Shown: one piece after another, positions 50,383 through 58,577 of the stretch
How the letters are laid out: each line of letters begins with the position of its first letter
Numbering within the stretch: position 1 is the stretch's first letter
Notes under the pieces: model-generated
Databases searched by the model: none
What the model was told of the DNA's origin: nothing
What the model saw: only the letters and a program-made list of their open reading frames with translations
Source: Polyangiales bacterium
Lineage (GTDB): Bacteria; Myxococcota_A; Polyangia; Polyangiales; Polyangiaceae
Direction of reading: 5' to 3'
Assembly: GCA_038231275.1 (NCBI GenBank)
Contig: JBBRLQ010000017.1
Span: forward strand, 96,001 to 160,000
DNA length: 64,000 nucleotides
Made by a program: the position numbers and the translations under genes

Positions 50383-50835
50383 TCAGTCCTTCCGATCGAC
50401 GACGCTCGCGAGGAGCTCGCCCTGCGCGCATAGAGTGCCCTCGACGGACGCCTCGCCGCGGAGCTTCCACACGTTGGTGCGGTGGTGGATCACCGTCACC
50501 TCGAGATCGAGCCGATCGCCGGGCGTGACGGGCCTCCGGAACTTCGCCTTGTCGATGCCGAGGAAGTACATGAGCGAGCTCTGCGCGTCGAAGGGCTCGC
50601 TCGCGTACGCGAGGAGGCCGCCGATCTGCGCGAGCGCCTCGAGGATGAGGACGCCCGGCATGATGGGGCGGCCCGGGTAGTGCCCGAGGAACCACGGCTC
50701 GTTCATGCTCACGCACTTGTGCCCGCGGATGCGCTCGTGCGCGACGACATCGGTCACGCGATCGACGAGCACGAATGGCCAGCGGTGCGGCAGGATCGCG
50801 AGGATGCGGTCGATCTCGATCGTCGTCTTCGTCAT
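50383..50835 (-). CDS. fabZ: 3-hydroxyacyl-ACP dehydratase
   Basis: LPHRWPFVLVDRV, GHYPGRPIMPGVLILEALAQ, KFRRPVTPGD. Confidence 0.96.
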   Translation of the reverse strand: MTKTTIEIDRILAILPHRWPFVLVDRVTDVVAHERIRGHKCVSMNEPWFLGHYPGRPIMPGVLILEALAQIGGLLAYASEPFDAQSSLMYFLGIDKAKFRRPVTPGDRLDLEVTVIHHRTNVWKLRGEASVEGTLCAQGELLASVVDRKD

Positions 50836-51725
50836 GGTGCGAGCGGGTCCTTGCCGAGGCTCTTCTGGCCCCTGTACAGGCGCGCGAGCGCGCGGAGCCA
50901 GCGGGCGCGAGGGACTGCCGGGTATCCTGCCACGACCGCCCCCGCCGGTACATCGCCGATGACCCCGCTCTTGCCGGCGAGGCGCGCGCCGTCGCCGATC
51001 GTGACGTGATCGGCGACGCCGACCTGCCCGCCGACGAGGACGCCCTTTCCGAGCGTGACCGATCCGGCGAACCCGGACTGCGCGGCGATGATGCAGCCCT
51101 CGCCGACGTCGCAGTTGTGGGCGACGTGGACCTGCGCGTCGAGCTTCGCGGCGCGGCGGATGCGCGTGGGGCCGAGCGTTCCGGCGTCGACGGTGCAGAG
51201 CGCGCCGATCACGACGTCGTCGTCGACGATCACGCCTCCCTTTTGCGGCATCGCGCGGACCTCGCCGCCGGGTCCGGTGGCCCAGCCGAATCCGGGTCGA
51301 CCGACGACCGAGTTGTGGCCGACCTTCACGCGCTTGCCGAGCACGACGCCGGGCGCGAGGACCACGTTCTCGCCGAGCTCGCACCCCTCGCCGACGATCG
51401 CTGGCTCAGCCGCGGCGGCGCACAGATCCAGCAGACCGGCGAGCGCCCACGTGGCGTGAGGGTGTACCCATGCGGCGACACCCCGGACGCGCGCGTCATG
51501 GGCGAGGCCCGCGTCGACGAGCACACACGCGCCGCGGGCGTGGGCTTCCTCCGCGGCGCGGACGTATTTCGAGGCGAGCAGCGGGGCGAGATCGCCCGCA
51601 ACGGCCTCGCGGATCGGGGCGAGCCGTCCAATCGTCGCGCGGCCGGCGTCGCCCAGCGCGAGCTCGCCCCCGAACCTGGAGACGAGCTCCGCGAGCGCTT
51701 CCGGCCGCGCGAGCGCGACGCTCAC
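50832..51725 (-). CDS. lpxD: UDP-3-O-(3-hydroxyacyl)glucosamine N-acyltransferase (short form)
   Basis: GFG..PQKGGV..IGALCTVD..KLDAQVHVAHN..GGQVGVADH; operon context. Confidence 0.88.
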   Translation of the reverse strand: MSVALARPEALAELVSRFGGELALGDAGRATIGRLAPIREAVAGDLAPLLASKYVRAAEEAHARGACVLVDAGLAHDARVRGVAAWVHPHATWALAGLLDLCAAAAEPAIVGEGCELGENVVLAPGVVLGKRVKVGHNSVVGRPGFGWATGPGGEVRAMPQKGGVIVDDDVVIGALCTVDAGTLGPTRIRRAAKLDAQVHVAHNCDVGEGCIIAAQSGFAGSVTLGKGVLVGGQVGVADHVTIGDGARLAGKSGVIGDVPAGAVVAGYPAVPRARWLRALARLYRGQKSLGKDPLAP

Positions 51726-52291
51726 TTCTTGGGAGCCGCAGGGACCGGCGGGGTCGGACCAGGCGCCGGCGCCGCGCCGCCGTTCACCATCTGGATGCAG
51801 CGATCGGTGAGATCGAGATCCGTGCGCACGAACGCGACGGTGGCCTTGTCGAGCACGACGTCGAAGCCCTCGGTCGAAGCGAGGCGCTTCACGATCCCCA
51901 TCACCTTCTCGAAGATGGGATCGGTCATCTCCTTTTGCTTCTTCTCGAGCTCCTTATTGTACTCAAGGAAGACCTGCTGAAGCTCGACCATCTGCTTCTG
52001 CCACTCGTCGATCCGCTTCTGCAGCGCCTCTTTGCTCATGACCTTCGACTGCTTGTCGATGTCCTCGCGCTGCTTCTGCATGTCGTTCTGCTTCTTGTTG
52101 AGCTCCTGCTGACGTGAGTCGAAGAGCTTCTTCAAGTTGGCCTGGGCGCGGAGGCCGTCCTCGGTCTGCATGACCGCGCGCTGCACGTCCACGACGGCGA
52201 TTTTCTGCTCGGCGGCGCGCGCGGTCGGCCCGATCAAGAGGAGGGCGAGCGCGACGAGGGGCGCGAGGGCGAGGCGAAGCGGATGGTTCAT
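51722..52291 (-). CDS. skp: Skp/OmpH periplasmic chaperone
   Basis: Signal peptide; KIAVVDVQR; long coiled coil; GFDVVLD..DLT. Confidence 0.9.
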   Translation of the reverse strand: MNHPLRLALAPLVALALLLIGPTARAAEQKIAVVDVQRAVMQTEDGLRAQANLKKLFDSRQQELNKKQNDMQKQREDIDKQSKVMSKEALQKRIDEWQKQMVELQQVFLEYNKELEKKQKEMTDPIFEKVMGIVKRLASTEGFDVVLDKATVAFVRTDLDLTDRCIQMVNGGAAPAPGPTPPVPAAPKK

Positions 52292-52304
52292 GGGGAGGGA
52301 GGTA

Positions 52305-52319
52305 GCCAAACCGGTGCCA
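52305..52319 (-). promoter_or_regulatory. Sigma54 -24/-12 element (TGGCAC-CGGTT-TGGC) for skp-lpxD-fabZ-lpxA-prs
   Basis: GG-N10-GC with perfect TGGCAC; ATG 52291 follows after a pyrimidine-rich 13 nt spacer with no SD. Confidence 0.55.
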
Positions 52320-52543
52320 AGGGTCAAATGGCAAGGAACGTTGGGGGCTCGGGGCACCGGACGCCGGGTAAACGCCGGTTTACACCCCACCCGGCAATGG
52401 AGTCGCACGGTGAGGCACCCGACGCCCCACTCGAGGCACGGGTCGGAACGCGAAAACGCCATCTGCCGCCGATTTCTTCGAAGCACACAATCCGTTGGCG
52501 AGATGGCACGCGACGTGGATACTTCCCCAAGCGGAGGCTACGG

Positions 52544-53686
52544 ATGCCCAGCGTATGGAGCCGATTTTCGTCTGTCGTCGGGGCCCTTGCCGCGGTGGGT
52601 GCCATCGTGTGGAGCGGGTGCGGCACCGGGGACGATCGCTACTATTGCGACAACTCCGGCTGCTACAGCTGTGACGCCTACGGGTGTCGCAACGTACCGC
52701 CTCCCGGCGTGACCCCGTGCACGGGGACGTCCAGCTGCAGCTCGGGTCAGGTCTGCACCGACCAAGGCTGCACGCAGACGTGCGGGTCGACCAGCGATTG
52801 CCCGCAAGGCACCGTCTGTACGTCGAACCTGTGCACCGCGCCTGGCGGAGTGCCGCCGACGCCGAAAGAGTGCACGACCGCCGCCGAGTGCAAGGCCGGC
52901 GAGCAGTGCGTATCGAACAAGTGCGTGCCCGGCGTCGTGAACGCCGACGGCGGCACCGACGCGACCCCGCCGCCCGACGCGGGCCCGCAGTGCACAAAGG
53001 GCGGTGACTGCGCGACCGGCCAGGCGTGCGTCGGCGGCAAATGCCAGACGTGCGGCGGCGCGGCCGGTCCGTGCGCGTGCACGAAGACGACGGACTGCAC
53101 GGGCAACGACGTCTGCATCGGCGGCGTTTGCACCGCACCCGCCAACGGCTGCAAGTTCGACAGCGACTGCGGCGATCCGAACAAGGTGTGCGTGGACGGC
53201 AAGTGCGAGAACACCTGCACCACGGCCGACGGTGGCGTCTCGACCTGCCCGACCGGCTTCACATGCGTGAAGGGCGGCTGCGAGCCGAACCCGACGGGCT
53301 CGACTTGCTCCACCAACAACGACTGCAAGGCGCCGACTCCGTTCTGCGTGGGCGGCCAGTGCGAGGCCGGCTGCACCAACGACCAGCAGTGCGGCCCCGG
53401 CAACTACTGCAACAACGGCGCGTGCGCCCCCGACACGCGCCCGACCGCGAACTGCACCGGCGACCTGCAATGCAACAGCGACGCGGGCGGCCCCGCCGAA
53501 AAATGCGTCAGCGGCATCTGCAAGTTCCCGTGCTCGACCGACGCCCAGTGCGCCACGATTGACGTGCGCATCAAGTACTGCGCGCCGGACAAGGTGTGCC
53601 GCTCCTACTCCGAGGCGCACCCGCAGTGCACGTCGAAGTCGGATTGCGCGCCGACGCAGGACTGCATCTCGAACGTCTGCAAGTAA
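52544..53686 (+). CDS. Cys-rich repeat lipoprotein (Dickkopf/EB-like repeats)
   Basis: GGAGG SD; lipobox WSG-C; tandem C-x4-DC-x4-C-x4-C modules; DGG/DAG linkers. Confidence 0.85.
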   Translation: MPSVWSRFSSVVGALAAVGAIVWSGCGTGDDRYYCDNSGCYSCDAYGCRNVPPPGVTPCTGTSSCSSGQVCTDQGCTQTCGSTSDCPQGTVCTSNLCTAPGGVPPTPKECTTAAECKAGEQCVSNKCVPGVVNADGGTDATPPPDAGPQCTKGGDCATGQACVGGKCQTCGGAAGPCACTKTTDCTGNDVCIGGVCTAPANGCKFDSDCGDPNKVCVDGKCENTCTTADGGVSTCPTGFTCVKGGCEPNPTGSTCSTNNDCKAPTPFCVGGQCEAGCTNDQQCGPGNYCNNGACAPDTRPTANCTGDLQCNSDAGGPAEKCVSGICKFPCSTDAQCATIDVRIKYCAPDKVCRSYSEAHPQCTSKSDCAPTQDCISNVCK

Positions 53687-53819
53687 CAGGGCCGCGAGTT
53701 CGCGAGCAGGCCGCTGCCTGCGCGATGTCACTCGGCGCGCCGCATGTGCCGAAAGTCACGATCCCGAGCCATGACCTCCGGGATTGGCGGCGCGCGCGGC
53801 GAGAGAGCACCCTACCGCC

Positions 53820-54707
53820 ATGATCGACCCCCGCGGCTTCGTCCTCCCGACCATTTCCCTCGCGTTCGTCGCCGTGCTGAGCGCGTGCCCTTCGTCGGCG
53901 ACCCCGTCGGCGACAAGCCCGACCGGAGCCTCACCGGCGTCACCGATCGCGTCCCAAGCCCCCGAGCCCTCGCCTGCCCTTCGCGCGGCGGTCGCCGGTG
54001 CCGCCCGAACCGACCGCGAGCGCGCGCGCGACGTGTACCGTCACCCGGCCGAGACCCTGGCGTTCTTCGGCCTGCGCGGCGATCTCACGGTCGTCGAGCT
54101 CTGGCCGGGCGGCGGCTATTACACGACGATCCTCGCCCCCGTCCTCGCCGAGCAAGGCCACCTCACGATCACCCACTTCGATCCGAAGGGCGACCCGAAA
54201 TCCGAGGACACCGAGGAGGCTCAAGCCATCCTGGGGCGCCTCGCAAAGAGCCCCGCCGTCTTCGGCAAGGTCACCCCAAAGGAGCTGAAGCGCCCCGAGC
54301 TCTCGCTCGGCCCCGACGGGAGCGCCGATCTCGTGCTGACGTTTCGCAACGTCCACAACTGGATCGACGACGGCACCGCCGATCAGGTCTTCGCGGCCAC
54401 CGCGCGCGTCCTGAAGAAGGGCGGTGTCCTCGGCGTCGAGGAGCACCGCGGCAAGCCGGGGATGACGACCGCGCAGATCAAGGACAGCGGCTACGTCCCC
54501 GAGACCGTCGTAGTCGCGCTCGCCGAGAAGGCCGGCCTCCGCCTCGCCGCCCGCTCGGAGATCAACGCGAACCCCAAGGACACGACGATTCACCCCAAAG
54601 GCGTGTGGGCGCTGCCGCCGGTGCTCGCCAACAAGGACGTCGATCGCGACGCCTACATCACCGTCGGCGAGAGCGACCGCATGACGCTCCGGTTCGAAAA
54701 GCCCTGA
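53820..54707 (+). CDS. Secreted class I SAM-dependent methyltransferase (COG4798-like) lipoprotein
   Basis: Lipobox LSA-C; RDVYRHPAETLAFFG, ELWPGGGYYT, TFRNVHNW, SEINANPKD, GESDRMTLRF. Confidence 0.88.
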   Translation: MIDPRGFVLPTISLAFVAVLSACPSSATPSATSPTGASPASPIASQAPEPSPALRAAVAGAARTDRERARDVYRHPAETLAFFGLRGDLTVVELWPGGGYYTTILAPVLAEQGHLTITHFDPKGDPKSEDTEEAQAILGRLAKSPAVFGKVTPKELKRPELSLGPDGSADLVLTFRNVHNWIDDGTADQVFAATARVLKKGGVLGVEEHRGKPGMTTAQIKDSGYVPETVVVALAEKAGLRLAARSEINANPKDTTIHPKGVWALPPVLANKDVDRDAYITVGESDRMTLRFEKP

Positions 54708-54719
54708 CGCGGGCGCGAA

Positions 54720-55706
54720 TCACTTGATGACGGTGAAGGCGCGCCCTTCGCTCTTCGAGCCGCCGAAGCTGCCGACGCCGTAGTAGTAGACGCCGGTCGT
54801 CGACGTGAGGGGCGCGATGTCCTTCGCCGTGATCTTCATGAAGCCGCCGATGTTGCGGGTCATGCTCGCGTCGTTGCCGCTGTAGCTCGACGTGATCGAG
54901 AAGGTGACGGAGTTCGCGTCGCTCGGCGGATCGCCCGTGACGAGGATTGTGTGCGGGCCCTCGCAGAAGGTCTGGTGCGTCGTCCAATCGAGCTCGAAGG
55001 AGCCGCCGTTCCGAAGATCCGCGACGGCGCAGACCGGGCTCGTCGTGTCGATGTCGCAACCGCCGGTGTGGACCGCGGCGACGATCGGCGTGGTCGGGCA
55101 GGTTCCGCCGCTCGGGGTCGTGGTGCCGCCGGTCGCCGCCTTCGTGTACCCGATGGTGAGCGTGTACGGAGCGGCGAGATCCTTCGAGAAGAGCGCGACC
55201 ACCATCTTCCCGCTCGCCGACGCGATCTTCACGGCCGCGGGCTTGGTCGTCGCGCCGTCGGCGCCGAGCTGCTTGTAGCTGCCGTCGTACACCGCGAGAT
55301 CGACGTCCGCGCCCGAGGTCCAGTCCACGTGCACGTCGAGCGCGCCGGCGTCCGTCGCGTCGAACGTGAAGAGGTCCCAGTCGCCGGTGTACTTCGTCCC
55401 GTCGCTTCCGCCGCTCGCCAGCTCTCCCTTGATCACGATCGTCTCGCTTGCCGCGAGCTTGCCGAGATCCTGCGCGTGCGCGGCGTCGGGGCCGTCGTTT
55501 GGCTCGACCTCCGCGACGTTCACGGTGGACGCGTCGACGCTACCGCTGGTGCCACTGCTACCACTGCTGCCGCCGCTCGAGCCCGTTCCGGAGGAGCCGC
55601 TCGACGTGCCCGCCGAGGTGGGGGCGGCGCTGCACCCGACCGCCGCGAGGGCGAGGGCGAGCATCGTGACCGGCATCGTCCGTGACAGGCGCTTCAGGGT
55701 CGGCAT
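54720..55706 (-). CDS. Lipoprotein with PPC-like (EVEPND) domain
   Basis: Lipobox AVG-C; S/G-rich linker; EVEPND..DWDLFTF..DVDLAVYD. Confidence 0.75.
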   Translation of the reverse strand: MPTLKRLSRTMPVTMLALALAAVGCSAAPTSAGTSSGSSGTGSSGGSSGSSGTSGSVDASTVNVAEVEPNDGPDAAHAQDLGKLAASETIVIKGELASGGSDGTKYTGDWDLFTFDATDAGALDVHVDWTSGADVDLAVYDGSYKQLGADGATTKPAAVKIASASGKMVVALFSKDLAAPYTLTIGYTKAATGGTTTPSGGTCPTTPIVAAVHTGGCDIDTTSPVCAVADLRNGGSFELDWTTHQTFCEGPHTILVTGDPPSDANSVTFSITSSYSGNDASMTRNIGGFMKITAKDIAPLTSTTGVYYYGVGSFGGSKSEGRAFTVIK

Positions 55707-55807
55707 CGTCGTCTCTCCGTTCAGGTTCGGGTCGGGGTCGAGTCGCTTCGTTCGTCTCGTTCGACGTTCAAGATGCGGCGCCGGTGCCCTCTTCGCTCCT
55801 GAAGCGA

Positions 55808-55825
55808 TCTGAAACTTCTTTCAGA
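55808..55825. promoter_or_regulatory. Perfect inverted repeat TCTGAAA-N4-TTTCAGA, candidate operator
   Basis: AT-rich palindrome in an intergenic region of a GC-rich genome. Confidence 0.35.
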
Positions 55826-55894
55826 GCTTGTTTGGCGCGCGTCACCGGGCCGTGCGGGAACGTGTGCAAGTGACGGTCGCCCGCGGCGAATGCG

Positions 55895-56983
55895 TCAGTC
55901 CATCCCCGGCTCGAAGCGCGACGGCGGCGCGTCGCACTCTTCGTCCGGGGACTCGACCTGCACAGTGACGTACTCGACGCCGAACGACGACCGCACCTTG
56001 TCGGAGATGCGACGCGCGATCGTCGGATCGGGCGTGGCGCGCACGTGGACGGTGATCGCGTCATGACCGGCCCCGAGCGTCCACACGTGGAGATCGTGGA
56101 CCTCGAGGACGCCTGGAAACGCGCTCACCACCGTGCGCACCGCGCCGACGGGGAGGTGCGGCGGCGCCGCCTCGAGCAGCACGAGCGTCGCATCGCGCAC
56201 GAGACGCAGCGCCCCGAAGACCAAGATCGCCGCGACGAAGAAGCTCGCAATCGGATCGACGCTCGGCGGTCCACCGGCCTTGATGACGATCGCCGCCACG
56301 ATGGCCGCGAGCGACCCGAGGGTATCCCCGAGGAGGTGCAGCCACGCGCCGCGCAGGTTCATGGCGTGGCCGTGGCCGTGTCCGCCGTGCGCGTGCGCGT
56401 GCGCGTGCCCGGCGGCGCCGCTGTGATCGTGAATCGCTCCGTGAATCAGCCATGCCGAAACGCCGTTGACCGCCAGCGCAGCAAGGGCGACGTAGAGCAT
56501 GATCCCGGCGTCCGGCGTCTCGTTGCCGGCGCGCAGTCCGGCGATCCCCTCGCGGATGATCCCCACCGTCGCCGCCATCACGAGCCCCGCATTGAACAGC
56601 GCCGCCACCGGCTCCGCGCGCCGCAACCCGAACGTGAACCGCGCCGTCGGCCGCCGCACCGCCAGTCGCATCGCGATGAGGCTCATCCCGAGCGCGAACA
56701 CGTCCATCAAGAGGTGCAGCGCGTCGACCTTGAGCACCTCGCTCTTCGCCGCGATGGCCCCTGCGAGCTCGGCAACGAAGAAGATCGCGATGGTGATGAG
56801 GACGATGAAGAGGCGCTTGGCCTGCTTTGCCTCGCCCGCCGTGAATTTCCCGCTCGGCTTCGATGCCGGTGCGTGGTCGTCGAGATCGGCGGGCGGGTGG
56901 CCGTGCGCGTGCTCGTGGTCCGCGTGATCGTGATGCGCGTGATGCGCGGGGTCGTCGTCCGCGTGATCGTGATCGTGTGCCAC
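55895..56983 (-). CDS. Cation diffusion facilitator (CzcD/ZitB-like) with His-rich N-terminus and loop
   Basis: DALHLLMD, FTFGLRRAE, NLRGAWLHLLGD, VHDLHVW, His-rich segments; GAGGT SD before GTG. Confidence 0.9.
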   Translation of the reverse strand: MAHDHDHADDDPAHHAHHDHADHEHAHGHPPADLDDHAPASKPSGKFTAGEAKQAKRLFIVLITIAIFFVAELAGAIAAKSEVLKVDALHLLMDVFALGMSLIAMRLAVRRPTARFTFGLRRAEPVAALFNAGLVMAATVGIIREGIAGLRAGNETPDAGIMLYVALAALAVNGVSAWLIHGAIHDHSGAAGHAHAHAHGGHGHGHAMNLRGAWLHLLGDTLGSLAAIVAAIVIKAGGPPSVDPIASFFVAAILVFGALRLVRDATLVLLEAAPPHLPVGAVRTVVSAFPGVLEVHDLHVWTLGAGHDAITVHVRATPDPTIARRISDKVRSSFGVEYVTVQVESPDEECDAPPSRFEPGMD

Positions 56984-56991
56984 CGGCGACC

Positions 56992-58383
56992 TCAGATGAG
57001 CACGTAGTCTTCGGCGACCGCGGTGGTCGTCGTCGCGAAGACCGTGCTGGTCTCTTCGTCGCGCTCGATCGCCAGGAGATAGAGGCCGGTGAGCATCGCC
57101 GGATATTGCCCGATGAGGTCGATGAAGTCGGCGCGGGGCAGGAACAGGGTCACCGTCGGGTGCACCGCAAGGACGTCCATGTTCGCCTTGCGTCGCAGGA
57201 TGACGCCGACCTCGCCGACCACGTCGCCTACTCCGAGCGTCGCGATCACGAACGGCTCGCCCGACTCGTGGCCAACGACCGCGACCTCGCCCGACGCGAT
57301 GAGGTGCATCCCGTCGGCGTCGGTGCCCTCTTCGATCAGCTTCTCGCCCTTTTCGAAGATTCGCGTCTCGAAGCGCTCGACCAGCGCGGGCCGCGACGAC
57401 GCATCGACCGCGAGGAGCACCGGCGAGGTGCGGACCAGGTTGGCGACCATGCGGCGTCGGCAGTGCGCGGCCAGCTCGGCGCCGACCTCCGGGCGCTTCT
57501 CGGCGACGGCCTCCAGCGCCTCGCGCCGCGCGACCAGCAGGATCGACGGTCGGTTGGCGACGACGTTGGCCGCGCGCGGCGCGCGAGAGAGGAGCGCCAT
57601 CTCGCCGAAGAGCGCGCCGTTGGTGAGGCGCGCGAGCGTGATCGACACCTGCGGCGCGTCCCCGCCGTTGCCTTCTTTCGCCGAGCGCGGCGCCGACTCG
57701 CGTCGCACCTCGAGCTCCCCGCGCGCGACGATGTACGCCTCGGCTCCTTCTTGGCCCTCTTCGATGACCGCCTTGCCGGCCGGCACGGTAATCATCTCGA
57801 ACGTCGCGATGAGGGCGCGGAGACCCTCCTTCTCGAGCGAGCTGAAGAGCGGGAGCGGAGAAATCAGCGGCGGCTCGCTCTCCTCGAGCGTCTCGTACGT
57901 CTTGGACGCCTCGTGGACGATCGCGGTCCCCTTCGACAAGAGCGCGGGTCCGGTGAGGAAGGACGACAACGGGTGGAACTCCACGTCGTGCGGGAGCGGC
58001 GGAGGCGGCGGCGCGGCGGTGTCGGTCAGGCGCGGCGAGCCGAGGCAGAACGCGGCGGCGATGTCGTCGAAGTACTCGTCGGTCGCAACGCCGAGCGCCC
58101 GCAGATCCGCGACGGCCGCGACCGCGAGCGGGAGGTTCCCCGCGTCGATCGCGCGCTTGACGCCGAGCTTCAGCCCCTCGGTCGCCGCCTCGCTGCGCCC
58201 CATGTCCGCGAGGAGACGGCACGTGAGGATGAGCGCGCTCGGCACCGACGCGTCTTGCTGCACCACCGCGGCGCTCCAACGCAAGGCAGCCTCGCGCTCG
58301 CCCGCCAGCATCAACGCGAGCGCGCGATCGAGGGGCGAGTCGGTGACATGGCTACCGGGCAGAGCCGGCGGGGCCGTACGCAT
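56992..58383 (-). CDS. Tandem cyclic-nucleotide-binding domain protein with N-terminal TPR-like region
   Basis: VIEEGQEG..YIVARGEL..FGEMALLSRAPRAANV; second domain LIEEG..GEVGVIL. Confidence 0.88.
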   Translation of the reverse strand: MRTAPPALPGSHVTDSPLDRALALMLAGEREAALRWSAAVVQQDASVPSALILTCRLLADMGRSEAATEGLKLGVKRAIDAGNLPLAVAAVADLRALGVATDEYFDDIAAAFCLGSPRLTDTAAPPPPPLPHDVEFHPLSSFLTGPALLSKGTAIVHEASKTYETLEESEPPLISPLPLFSSLEKEGLRALIATFEMITVPAGKAVIEEGQEGAEAYIVARGELEVRRESAPRSAKEGNGGDAPQVSITLARLTNGALFGEMALLSRAPRAANVVANRPSILLVARREALEAVAEKRPEVGAELAAHCRRRMVANLVRTSPVLLAVDASSRPALVERFETRIFEKGEKLIEEGTDADGMHLIASGEVAVVGHESGEPFVIATLGVGDVVGEVGVILRRKANMDVLAVHPTVTLFLPRADFIDLIGQYPAMLTGLYLLAIERDEETSTVFATTTTAVAEDYVLI

Positions 58384-58577
58384 CGGATGTTTCGAGCGTA
58401 TACCAATGTCGGGTGCTCGGCGCTTGGAACGTGTAGGGCGGTCGTCGCCGTTCGGCGGCCGACGGATCGCGCGGCTCCGGCCATTGGACGGAGAAGAGGG
58501 GATTTCGGCCCCGCGCCGGCCCGTCCGGTGTGTGCTACTCCAAACGGGTCGGCTCGCTCACCACGCAGAGGTCCTCG

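Noticed and set aside
52503..52517. TGGCAC upstream of the Cys-rich lipoprotein gene as a sigma54 promoter
   Set aside because: The -12 position reads GG, not GC, so support is insufficient.
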